The position numbers were made by a program, and so were the translations under genes. DNA of 63,690 bases, counting the filler, from Thermodesulfobacteriota bacterium (GTDB lineage: Bacteria; DASVDK01), in assembly GCA_036381125.1 (NCBI GenBank). It is 6 parts of 6 records of this genome, joined end to end, with 100 filler letters (N's around TTAATTAATTAA, not from the genome) between each part and the next. Parts side by side here need not be neighbours in the genome. Positions count along the whole stretch, not along the records: positions 24,801 to 49,474 come from DASVDK010000274.1; positions 49,575 to 54,457 come from DASVDK010000275.1; positions 54,558 to 63,690 come from DASVDK010000277.1; 3 more parts are not named here. One strand, given 5' to 3'. This document shows, piece after piece, positions 48,097 through 56,700 of this stretch. Each line of letters starts with the position of its first letter. Within the stretch, counting starts at the first letter, position 1. The notes beneath the pieces are model-generated. The model was given only the letters and a program-made list of their open reading frames with translations. It was not told the DNA's origin and made no database searches.

Positions 48097-49474
48097 CTAT
48101 GCCTCCCGCAATAGCTCGAGCGGCCGGCGGCCGAGGAGCCGCAGCGCGCTCGCCAGGCCGCCCACGGCGGTGAGGGCCACCGCCACGGCCGCGCCGCCGA
48201 GGAAGGGCCACGGCCCGAGCGCCCAGGGCCAGGGCAGCTCGAGTACCACCCGAAGCACCGCGTACGAGAGACCGATCGCCGAGAGGGCGCCGGCGAGCCC
48301 CGCGAGGCCGCCGAGCGTGGCGAACTCGACGAGCAGCACGGCGGCGACCCGCCGGCGGTCGGCCCCCAGCACCTTGAGGAGGCTCGCCTCGCGCGCCCGC
48401 TCGTCGGCCGTGCCGGCGATCGCACCGGCCAGCACGGCGGCGCCGGCGGCGAGACAGAAGAGCGCCATGAAGCGCACGGCGAAGGCGACCCGCTCGAGGA
48501 TCGCCCCGACCTTCTGCACGACCCGCTGGAGGTCGATGATGGTGACGTTGGGGTAGGCGGCCACCACGCGCCCCTGCAGGGCGACCCGATCGGCGCCGGA
48601 CGGCAGCGCGACGGAGGCGATGCGCTGCTGCGGCGCCGCTTCGAGCCAGCCGGGCGGGAGGAGCACGAAGAAGTTCGGGGTCATCGTCTCCCACCGCACG
48701 CGCCGCAGGCTCGTGATCACCGTCGGCAGCCGCACGCCCTGCACGTCGAACTCGAGGCGATCGCCGAGGCCGACGCCGAGCCGCTCGGCGAACTCCACCT
48801 CCATGGAGATGGGCGCCGTGAGACCGGGCGTCGGCGTGTTCGTCGCGGTCGGCGGCGTTGCGTCCCACCACGACCCGGCCACGACCTCGTTGCCGTCGGG
48901 CAGGGCCGCGGTGTAGCTCAGCCGGTACTCGCGCGTCCGCCGCCACTCGCCCGGGTCGCGGTCGCGGTCGCCGGCGTACCGGGCCTGGGGGCGCTCCTGG
49001 ACCGGGGTGCCGTTGATCGTCCTCAGGCGGGCGGTGACCATCGGCGCCGAGCGGACGATCCCGCCCGCCTCCGTGAGGAGGCGCTCGACGCCGGCCGCCT
49101 GCGCCGGCTGGATGTCGATCAGGAAGAGGGAGGGGCGGTCCGCCCGGCGCGCCTCGGCCACCTCGCGGGCGAACGCGCCCTCGAGGACCGCGAGCGTGAC
49201 GAGCAGCGCCACCCCGCTGCCGAGGGCCACGACGGCGGCCACGGTCTGGTTGCCCGGCCGCCTGAGGGAGACGATGCCGTGCCGCAAGGCGAAGCCGAGG
49301 TCGCCTCGCCGTCGCCTGAGCCAGGACACCGCGAGGGCCGCGACGCCCCAGAGGAGGCCCACGGTCCCGAGGAGGCCGGCCACGAACACGCCGCCGACGC
49401 GCACCGACCCCGCCTCGAGGCAGGCGGCGCCGAAGAGCACCGCGAGCAGCACCGCCGCGGCGACGACGCGCCTC
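48097..49474 (-). CDS. YbbP/FtsX-like ABC permease, C-terminal part
   Basis: PSLFLIDIQP.Q, REYRLSY, RRVRWETMTPNFF, REASLLKVLGA; truncated by contig end. Confidence 0.9.
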
Positions 49475-49574
49475 NNNNNNNNNNNNNNNNNNNNNNNNNN
49501 NNNNNNNNNNNNNNNNNNTTAATTAATTAANNNNNNNNNNNNNNNNNNNNNNNNNNNNNNNNNNNNNNNNNNNN
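49475..49574. other. Artificial contig linker
   Basis: N-run with TTAATTAATTAA. Confidence 0.99.
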
Positions 49575-49591
49575 CACTGAGCTACCAGAGC
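49575..49591 (-). tRNA. 5' fragment of a tRNA (possibly Thr), cut by contig edge
   Basis: GCTCTGG-TA-GCTCAGTG: acceptor 5' strand plus D-arm start, 32 nt downstream of tRNA-Gly; anticodon not visible. Confidence 0.6.
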
Positions 49592-49623
49592 GCGCAACTC
49601 GCCGGCCGCCGCCGGCCCCGCAG

Positions 49624-49697
49624 AGCGGGAGACGGGACTCGAACCCGCGACCCTCAGCTTGGAAGGCTGATGCTCTAGCCACCTGAGCTACGCCCGC
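49624..49697 (-). tRNA. tRNA-Gly(TCC)
   Basis: GCGGGCGTAGCTCAGGTGGCTAGAGCA-TCAGC-CTTCCAA-GCTGA-GGGTC-GCGGGTTCGAGTCCCGT-CTCCCGCT; no encoded CCA. Confidence 0.96.
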
Positions 49698-49762
49698 GGA
49701 GTGGGGTCGCCGGGATGCTCGTTGCGGGACATGGAGTTGCGCGCCCGGAGACGCCCGGGCGG

Positions 49763-49791
49763 AAGGTAACGGCGGGGCGGTCCGGGGTCAA
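49763..49791 (-). promoter_or_regulatory. Sigma70 promoter of the tRNA operon
   Basis: TTGACC-N17-TACCTT followed by a GC-rich discriminator. Confidence 0.7.
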
Positions 49792-49849
49792 GCGGAGCGG
49801 CGGCGCGAATTGGGGGCCGAAACCGGCCGCTGCGAGGGGCGACAGGACC

Positions 49850-50065
49850 CTACGATGAGCGGCTGGCGCGGCGGAGGTCGCCGCTGCGGAGGATGCGGTC
49901 GGCGGCGGCGGCGAGGACGTCCGGGTCGTCGTGGAAGCCGCGGGCGACGAGGGCGCGGAGCGCGGCGAGCCGGTCGGCGGGCATGCGGCCAGGGGTCGCG
50001 GGGCGGGCATCCGGCGATGTGCGGCCGGCGCCGCGGCAGCCGATGCGATCGCGCTCGACGTCCAT
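49850..50065 (-). CDS. Small FlgM-like (anti-sigma28) protein
   Basis: GGAGGAGG RBS; DRLAALRALVARGFHDDPDVLAAAADRIL resembles the FlgM C-terminal helices; directly downstream of fliA. Confidence 0.55.
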   Translation of the reverse strand: MDVERDRIGCRGAGRTSPDARPATPGRMPADRLAALRALVARGFHDDPDVLAAAADRILRSGDLRRASRSS

Positions 50066-50116
50066 GCCTCCTCCAGGGTGCGGATCCGGCCGGCCGGGGA
50101 CCGGCGGTCCGCTGAA

Positions 50117-50144
50117 GTATCGGCCAGCGGCGCCGGACGGTTGA
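50117..50144 (-). promoter_or_regulatory. Candidate sigma28 promoter
   Basis: TCAA-N16-GCCGATAC upstream of the FlgM-like ORF. Confidence 0.65.
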
Positions 50145-50172
50145 GCGGGAGGAGGGTGCCGGAGCGGGCGGA

Positions 50173-51054
50173 TCAGACGTCGCGGAGTGGGGCGAGCTCG
50201 GCGCGGAGCGACTTGAGGGCCTTGGAGCGGATCTGCGAGATGCGCGACTCGGTGAGGTCGAGCACCTCGGCGATCTCGTGGAGCTTGAGCTCCTCGTAGT
50301 AGTAGAGGGTGAGGACGAGGCGTTCGCGCTCGGGAAGGCGCTGTAGGGCGGACTTCATGCGCTCCACCTCCTGGGCGTGGTTGATGTGGTCCTCGACCTC
50401 GGCGCCCGTGGAGCCGACGAGGATGTCGGCGTGGGTGGCGCCGCGGCCCTTGTCGGAGTCGAGCGGGGCGTCGAGCGGGACCTGGACGGCGTCGGCGGTC
50501 TTGGCCTCCCAGCGATGGAGGGTCTCGAGCTCGATGCCGACGGCCCTGGCGGTCTCGGCGGGCGTGGGCTCGCGCTGGAGCGTGCGGCTGAGGTCCTCGC
50601 GGGCGAGGCTGAGCCGCCGCTGCTTGCGACGGATCGAGCGGGGCGCGTGATCCCAGCGGCGCAGGTCGTCGAGGATGGCGCCGCGGATGCGCGGGGCGGC
50701 GTAGGTGCTGAAGGCGAGGCCGCGGCCCGGGTCGTAGGACTCGACGGCGTTGATGAGGCCCATGGTGCCCGCGCTGATGAGATCGCCGAGCTCGGCGCGG
50801 CCGGGCGCGGCCGCGTGGATCTTCCGGGCGACGTGATGGACGAGCGGCAGGTGGCGCTCGACGATCTGGTCGCGGGACGGCTCGACGGTTGCCGGGTCGG
50901 CGGCCCGGCGGGTCGCCGGCGACTCGACCGCAACGGCGGCGGCTCGCTTCGGGCGACGCGGCTTGAGCGACGTGGCCGGCAGGGGGTGGCGCGCCGACGC
51001 AGCGGGAGCTCCAGCGGGCGCGGAGCCGGTCTCGTGGGTCTCGTGCAGGCTCAT
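50173..51054 (-). CDS. fliA: FliA/WhiG family RNA polymerase sigma factor (sigma28)
   Basis: DLISAGTMGL, FSTYAAPRIRGAILDDLRRWDHAPRSIR, LYYYEELKLHEIAEVLDLTESRISQI. Confidence 0.95.
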   Translation of the reverse strand: MSLHETHETGSAPAGAPAASARHPLPATSLKPRRPKRAAAVAVESPATRRAADPATVEPSRDQIVERHLPLVHHVARKIHAAAPGRAELGDLISAGTMGLINAVESYDPGRGLAFSTYAAPRIRGAILDDLRRWDHAPRSIRRKQRRLSLAREDLSRTLQREPTPAETARAVGIELETLHRWEAKTADAVQVPLDAPLDSDKGRGATHADILVGSTGAEVEDHINHAQEVERMKSALQRLPERERLVLTLYYYEELKLHEIAEVLDLTESRISQIRSKALKSLRAELAPLRDV

Positions 51055-51278
51055 TGGTCGACGGCCAGTCCGGAGGAAGCAGGAGCGACCGGGTCGATCC
51101 AGCAGGCGCCGGGCGCGGGGGACTCGACGAAGCGACGCCGGCGGCGCGCGGCGCCCTCGTCGGCCTGGGACGGCCGGGGCGCGGCGGGCCAGGCGACGGC
51201 CCATCGCGCGGGCACAGACCGCTGCGCCAGGCGCTGGACCACACGGCAGGGACCGGAATCGCGACGTTGCGAGATCAT
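51051..51278 (-). CDS. Possible 75-aa leader ORF coupled to fliA
   Basis: TGA overlaps the fliA ATG (ATGA); lies between the sigma54 site and fliA; no recognisable domain. Confidence 0.3.
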   Translation of the reverse strand: MISQRRDSGPCRVVQRLAQRSVPARWAVAWPAAPRPSQADEGAARRRRRFVESPAPGACWIDPVAPASSGLAVDQ

Positions 51279-51323
51279 CGTCTGTTCAGGCGACCAGGTA
51301 GCGAGGCTTCGCCGGCGGGTTGG

Positions 51324-51338
51324 GCAAGCGGTGTTCCA
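51324..51338 (-). promoter_or_regulatory. Candidate sigma54 promoter upstream of fliA
   Basis: TGGAAC-ACCGC-TTGC, one mismatch to TGGCAC-N5-TTGC. Confidence 0.65.
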
Positions 51339-51514
51339 GGGATTACGGCTCGCGAAAATTCTTGAATGGTCCGGCGCGGGCGGCGCGTATCACGATATGA
51401 GGCAGTCAGATAGATGGGCGGCCGAGCGGGGACGGCGGAGGAATCGGGAGCGACCGTCCGCGGTCGCGACCGGAAAAAAGGTCGCGGCGCGGAAAAATTG
51501 TCGGGGAGCGGCGC

Positions 51515-51542
51515 TCAAGTCGGACGACCCCGGCGCCGACAC
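51515..51542 (+). promoter_or_regulatory. Candidate sigma28 promoter
   Basis: TCAA-N16-GCCGACAC, same architecture as 50117-50144. Confidence 0.5.
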
Positions 51543-51687
51543 CAGAAATCGAGCATGAGGCAGGGGGTCGGCGGGCGCGGAGCGGCGCTCCGCGGACCGG
51601 CGGCGTGGCGCGATGGGCGGCCCCGGGCGGGCCGTGGCGCGGGGGACGGACCCAGGACCGGCGAGAGCGGCCGGGAGGAGACGCGGG

Positions 51688-51981
51688 ATGAGCGGGCTGA
51701 ACGCGATCGGGCGGCTCGAGAGGGAGCGTCCGAGGGCGACGCGGGAGCGGGCGCGGATCGTCCAGATCATCCCGGGGACGGGGTGGGTCGGGCGCTTCCG
51801 GGACGGCGAGGGGGAGGCGAGCGCCGACCTCGTCGGGTGGGCGCTGATGGAATACGTGGACGACCGGTCTGGGGAGGAGCGGTTCGTGGTCGGGTTGATC
51901 GCGGATGGCCAGCGGCTCCGGCGAGCGGACGCCGTGGAGACGTTCCTGCGCTACGAGTACGTCGGGGAGCGGGTCGGGTAG
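51688..51981 (+). CDS. Hypothetical 97-aa protein
   Basis: GGAGGAG RBS; IVQIIPGTGW..LVGWAL..VVGL..FLRYEY suggests a beta-rich globular fold. Confidence 0.7.
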   Translation: MSGLNAIGRLERERPRATRERARIVQIIPGTGWVGRFRDGEGEASADLVGWALMEYVDDRSGEERFVVGLIADGQRLRRADAVETFLRYEYVGERVG

Positions 51982-53915
51982 GCGGCGCCGTCGAGGAGCG
52001 CACGAACGGCGCGGCTGAAGACATCCGGGGTGAACGGCTTCTGGAGGAAGCCGTGGCGCGGGTCGAAGCCGGTCTCGAGCGCGTCGGCGGCGTAGCCGGA
52101 GATGAAGAGCACCGGGAGCGAGGGGTCGTCGGCGAGGAGCGCGTCGGCGACCTCTTTTCCGCTCATCCGGGGCATGACGACGTCGGTGACGAGGAGGTCG
52201 ATGCGGCGATCGGCGGCGCGCGCGAGGCGGAGCGCCACCTCGCCGCAATCGGCGTCGAGGACGGTGTAGCCGCTGCGGCGGAGCACGCCGGTGGCGAGGG
52301 AGCGGACGGCTTCCTCGTCCTCGACGAGGAGGATGGTCTCGGAGCCCTGGCTGAGGCGCTCGCCGGCGTCGACGGCGGGGCGCAGGGCCTCGGGTTCCTC
52401 GTCGACGCGCGGGAGGTAGATCTCGAAGCGGGTGCCTCGTCCCAGCTCGCTGTCGACCCAGATGAAGCCGTTGCTCTGCTTGACGATGCCGTAGACGGTG
52501 GCGAGGCCGAGCCCGGTTCCCTTCCCGACTTCCTTGGTGGTGAAGAACGGCTCGAAGGCCTGGGCACGGGTGCGCTCGTCCATGCCGTGGCCGGTATCCT
52601 CGACGGCGAGGACGACGTAGGCGCCCGGGCGCACGTAGCCGTACTTGCGCGGGTGGTCGGCGCCGAGGCGTGCGTTGGTGGTCTCGATGACGAGCCGGCC
52701 GCCGTCGGGCATGGCGTCCCGCGCGTTGACGACCAGGTTCATGATGACCTGCTCGATCTGGCTGAGATCGGCGCGGACGCGGCCGAGATCGTGGCCGGTA
52801 CGGACGACGAGCTCGATGTCCTCGCCAATGAGCCGGCGGAGCATGCGCTCGAGGTCGCGGACGACGGCGTTCAGGTCGAGCACCTTGGGGTGGAGCACCT
52901 GCTTGCGGCTGAAGGCGAGGAGCTGGCGGGTGAGGCCGGCGGCGCGGTCGGCGGAGCGGCGGATCTCGTCGAGGTGGATGCGCCGGGGATCCTGCTCGGA
53001 GCTGTCGCTCTGGAGCAGGTAGATGTGGCCGGACCTGGCCGTGAGCAGGGTGTTGAAGTCGTGCGCGACGCCGCCGGCGAGGCGACCGATGGCCTCGATG
53101 CGCTGGAACTGGCGGAGCTGCTCCTGGCTCATGTCGAGGGCCTCCTCGGCCTTCTTGCGGTCCGTGGCGTCGCGGGCGTTGCCGACGACGCCCGCGACGA
53201 CGGGGTCGTCGAGCCGGTTCTCGAGCGTGAGCTCGAGGACGCGCCAGTGCCCGTCGTGATGGCGGATCCGGACCTCGACGGTGGCGAGCTTCGAGCTGTG
53301 ACCCGCGACGACGTCGTGGAGCGTCTCGCGGGCGAGCTCGACGTCCTCGGGGTGCAGGAAGTCCGCGAGCTGATTGCCGAGGAGCTGCTCGGGGCGATAG
53401 CCGAGGATGCGGCGCACGGACGGGCTCGTGTAGCGGATCGTCCCGGCGGCGTCGAGGATCGAGATGACCTCGGAGGAGTTCTCGATGAGCGAGCGGTAGA
53501 AGCGCTCGCGGCGCGCGACCTCCTCGGCGGCGCGCCGGCGGTGGGTGAGGAAGCGCAGGCTGCGGCCGAGCGCCCGGCCGGTGACCTCGTCGCGGAGCAG
53601 GTATTCCTGGGCGCCCTGCCCGAGGGCGTCGAGCGCGGTGGCCTCGTCGGCGGCCTCGGCGAGGACGATGAGGGGGACGTCCGGCGCGGCGATCCGGAGC
53701 CGGGTCACCGCCTCGAGGCCGTGGGCGTCGGGGAGATCGAGCCCGAGCAGGATGACGTCGAACGTCGCCTGCGCGAGGGCGTCGATGGCGCCCGCGAGCG
53801 TGGGGACGAGCGTGCCGGCGCCCTCGAACCCGGCCTCGCCGGCGAGGCGGTCGAGCAGCGCACGGCCGTAGGCTTCATCCCCCTGGACGAGGAGGACGCA
53901 CGGGCGGCGACTCAT
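51951..53915 (-). CDS. Hybrid sensor kinase (pseudo-REC - PAS - HisKA - HATPase - REC; CckA-like)
   Basis: AGGVAHDFN, NLVVNARDAM, DTGHGMD, FEPFFTTK, GTGLGLA, C-terminal LLVEDE..TDVVMP..QKPF. Confidence 0.93.
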   Translation of the reverse strand: MSRRPCVLLVQGDEAYGRALLDRLAGEAGFEGAGTLVPTLAGAIDALAQATFDVILLGLDLPDAHGLEAVTRLRIAAPDVPLIVLAEAADEATALDALGQGAQEYLLRDEVTGRALGRSLRFLTHRRRAAEEVARRERFYRSLIENSSEVISILDAAGTIRYTSPSVRRILGYRPEQLLGNQLADFLHPEDVELARETLHDVVAGHSSKLATVEVRIRHHDGHWRVLELTLENRLDDPVVAGVVGNARDATDRKKAEEALDMSQEQLRQFQRIEAIGRLAGGVAHDFNTLLTARSGHIYLLQSDSSEQDPRRIHLDEIRRSADRAAGLTRQLLAFSRKQVLHPKVLDLNAVVRDLERMLRRLIGEDIELVVRTGHDLGRVRADLSQIEQVIMNLVVNARDAMPDGGRLVIETTNARLGADHPRKYGYVRPGAYVVLAVEDTGHGMDERTRAQAFEPFFTTKEVGKGTGLGLATVYGIVKQSNGFIWVDSELGRGTRFEIYLPRVDEEPEALRPAVDAGERLSQGSETILLVEDEEAVRSLATGVLRRSGYTVLDADCGEVALRLARAADRRIDLLVTDVVMPRMSGKEVADALLADDPSLPVLFISGYAADALETGFDPRHGFLQKPFTPDVFSRAVRALLDGAAYPTRSPTYS

Positions 53916-54065
53916 CGCGGTTCGATCGATTTCGGCGATTCGGTGCTCGTGAACCCGGGACGTTGCGAACGGCTGCGGGCGGGAGTCGCCTTCGGCGCGG
54001 CGGGCGCCGGGCCCGGGGGAGCGGGCACGGCTCAATCTATCACGGCGGCGCGCGCAGGGGGAGGG

Positions 54066-54446
54066 TCAGGCGGGCGGCCGGGGGTCGGCCAGATCGGCGA
54101 GGGCGAGCACGGCGGCGAGGCGGCTCTCAAGGTCGGCGAGGAATGCGGCCGCGCGGGCGAGGTGGCCGGCGGTGAGGTCGTCCGGGCGGGCGGTGCCGTG
54201 TCGGCGCTCGGCGGCCAGGCGCCGCACCGCTTCCCGGCCCTGCTGGAGCGCGTCGACCACGGCCACGATCTCCGCGTACGCCCGGTCGGGGAGGCGGAGG
54301 GGCGCGGCGTCGTCCGCGAGGGGCTCGTCGCCGCAGCGCGGCGCGGACGGCCGCGGCGGCGCGAGCTCCGAGACGAGGCGGTCCACGAGGCGGAGCGTCG
54401 CCTCGGTGTCGGAGAGGAGCTCGTCGGGGACGCGCTTGGCGGCCAT
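54066..54446 (-). CDS. Helical protein, possibly a shortened CheZ-like protein
   Basis: DTEATLRLVD, RAYAEI, DDLTAGHLARAAAFLADLESRL; the CheZ resemblance is from memory only. Confidence 0.45.
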   Translation of the reverse strand: MAAKRVPDELLSDTEATLRLVDRLVSELAPPRPSAPRCGDEPLADDAAPLRLPDRAYAEIVAVVDALQQGREAVRRLAAERRHGTARPDDLTAGHLARAAAFLADLESRLAAVLALADLADPRPPA

Positions 54447-54457
54447 GAGCGGCGGAT

Positions 54458-54557
54458 NNNNNNNNNNNNNNNNNNNNNNNNNNNNNNNNNNNNNNNNNNN
54501 NTTAATTAATTAANNNNNNNNNNNNNNNNNNNNNNNNNNNNNNNNNNNNNNNNNNNN
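54458..54557. other. Artificial contig linker
   Basis: N-run with TTAATTAATTAA. Confidence 0.99.
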
Positions 54558-54985
54558 CGCACCGCCTGAGGCAGCACGACGTACCGCATGGACTGCGCGT
54601 AGGTGAGCCCGCTTGCCCGCGCCGCCTCGACCTGCCCCTTCCCGATCGACTGGATCCCGGCCCGGAAGATCTCGCCGACGTAGGCGGCGCTGTTCAAGGA
54701 GAGACCGAGGATGCCCGCTGCGTACGCATCGAGGACGATGCCGACCGACGGCAGGCCGTAGTAGATGAAGATGAGCTGCATGAGCAGCGGCGTGCCGCGG
54801 ATCACCTCGATGTAGGCGACCGCGGCATTGCGGATCACGGGGTTGGCGGTGACGCGGGCAAGCCCGAGGAGGAGGCCCAGGGCGATGCCGAAGGCAAGGG
54901 AGACGAGGGTCAGGGTGAGGGTGACCCTCGCCCCCCGGAGGAGGTACGGGAAGACCTCCGTGAAGACGTCCCACGAGAAATCCAC
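54558..54985 (-). CDS. Polar amino-acid ABC transporter permease, N-terminal part
   Basis: YIEVIRGTPLLMQL, SAAYVGEIFRAGIQSI.KGQVEAA, VVLPQA. Confidence 0.95.
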
Positions 54986-55103
54986 GCGGAAGCCTCCCCG
55001 CCGCGGCCCCTCCCGGACGTGCGCCCGCCGACGTGAGGCGTGGGCCGGCGGGCCGCCCTGGCCGGGCGCCGCCGCAGGGCGCCGCGTCCGGGTCCCGGGC
55101 CGG

Positions 55104-55928
55104 CTAGTTGGCCGAGGCGGTGGTCGACACCTTCGTGGTGCCGAACCACTTCTTCGTCAACTTCGCGTACTCGCCGCTCTTCTTGAGGTCGTCGATCACC
55201 TTGTTGATGACCGGGATCAGGTCGGCCTCGGCCGCGCGGACCGGGATGCCGAGCTGCTCGGGCTCGCCGATGACGAGCCCCTCGACCACCTCGTACTTCC
55301 TGTCCTTCGCCTGGGCGGCGTTGTAGAGGAGGACCGGGTAGTCGGCCACGACCGCGTCGATGCGGCCGACCCCGAGGTCGGTCAGTGCCTCGGGCAAGGT
55401 CTCGTACTTCCTGATCTCCTTGATGCCGGCGAGCTTCTCGGCCGCGTACTGCCCGGTGGTGTTGATCTGCACGCCCACCACCTTCCCCGCGAGGTCGCCC
55501 GCCCCACCGACCGTCTTGCCGCCCCGCTTGACGGCCACCCCCTGCCCGGAGTCGAAGTACGACTTCGAGAAGGCCAGGTCGAACGTCTTCTTGCGCTCCT
55601 CGGTGATCGTGATGCCCGAGAGGAGCATGTCGAACTTGCCGCTCTTCAGGGCCGCGAAGATGCCGTCCCAGGCGGTGTTCTGGTAGTCGAGCCTGACGCC
55701 CAGCTCGCGGGCGATGGCCCGCGCGATGTCGACGTCGAAGCCGACCGGCGTGTTGCCTTCCATGTATTCGAAGGGGGGATACGTCACGTCGCTGCCGACG
55801 ACCAGGACGCCGGCCTTCTTGATCCGGTCGACGCCTGCACCGGCGTCGGCCGGAGGCGCGGCCGCCAGCACGGCCACGCCGGCCAGGGCGACGGCCGCCG
55901 CGGCCCGGGTGAGTCCCTGCACGAACAT
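55104..55928 (-). CDS. Polar amino-acid ABC transporter substrate-binding protein
   Basis: Signal peptide; YPPFEY, GFDVDIA, WDGIF, ITITEERK, GVQINTTG. Confidence 0.95.
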   Translation of the reverse strand: MFVQGLTRAAAAVALAGVAVLAAAPPADAGAGVDRIKKAGVLVVGSDVTYPPFEYMEGNTPVGFDVDIARAIARELGVRLDYQNTAWDGIFAALKSGKFDMLLSGITITEERKKTFDLAFSKSYFDSGQGVAVKRGGKTVGGAGDLAGKVVGVQINTTGQYAAEKLAGIKEIRKYETLPEALTDLGVGRIDAVVADYPVLLYNAAQAKDRKYEVVEGLVIGEPEQLGIPVRAAEADLIPVINKVIDDLKKSGEYAKLTKKWFGTTKVSTTASAN

Positions 55929-56008
55929 GGGATGTGGCCCTCCAGAGTCCGCGGCGGGGCCGCCGCGGACGACCCTGGGGCCATCATAGGGATCGCGTTC
56001 CGATGCTG

Positions 56009-56353
56009 TCAAACCGGGTGGGCCGGCGCCAGCTTCACCCGGCGGGGGTTCCCGACGCCTGGGGTCCCTGACGCGTCGCCGACTCCGGCGTCTCCCTGGC
56101 GCCGCTCCGCCTTGACCTGCTGCTCGAGCTCGAAGAAGCGGGGGAGCGCCTCCGGCCTCTTCATCGGGTCGCGCTGCACGCGGGCGAAGTGGTTGAACGG
56201 CACGCCGCTCCCCTCGAGCGCCGGCTCGACGGCACGCCGGTCCGCGCCGGTGATGTCGCGGGCCGGATCGCCCGACGCCTCGACTCTCGGATAGACCTCG
56301 ACCGCCTTCTCCTCGATGAGCGCGTGCAGGGCGACGGCGCGAGGGTCGCACAT
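56009..56353 (-). pseudogene. Probable gene remnant downstream of tRNA-Pro
   Basis: 114-aa ORF with a protein-like core (GVPFNHF..PEALPRFFELEQQV) preceded by an AT-richer patch. Confidence 0.35.
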
Positions 56354-56500
56354 GACATAAGCTCATGCAACCTTCTTGTATAAGGGACGACTATGTCGAA
56401 AGATATGCGTGTCGTGAGTGGACGGCGCCGGCCGCGGCCCGCCGCCCGCCTCTCGGCGGCCAGCCGTTCTTCACATCGTGGATCGCCGGGTCGGAAACGA

Positions 56501-56543
56501 CGAGAGCCGGCAGGCCGCGTCGGTCGCGGCCTGCCGGCTCTCG
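56501..56543 (-). terminator. Terminator hairpin after tRNA-Pro
   Basis: Perfect 19-bp stem CGAGAGCCGGCAGGCCGCG with 5-nt loop, followed by TCGTTTCC on the minus strand. Confidence 0.75.
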
Positions 56544-56547
56544 GGAG

Positions 56548-56624
56548 TGGTCGGGGAACCGGGATTTGAACCCGGGGCCTTTCGGTCCCGAACCGAACGC
56601 GCTACCAGGCTGCGCTATTCCCCG
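56548..56624 (-). tRNA. tRNA-Pro(CGG)
   Basis: CGGGGAATAGCGCAGCCTGGTAGCGCG-TTCGG-TTCGGGA-CCGAA-AGGCC-CCGGGTTCAAATCCCGG-TTCCCCGACCA. Confidence 0.97.
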
Positions 56625-56700
56625 TCGCAGTCGGAAACCCGATCCTTGTACCACGCGGCCGACCGGCCCGCAACGGGCCAGGGCTCGCCGCCCGCGCGGG

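Noticed and set aside
51061-51320. c-di-GMP riboswitch in the long fliA leader
   Set aside because: No GEMM-type motif (GGCAAAC..GAAA..GACGCAAAG) seen on the minus strand.
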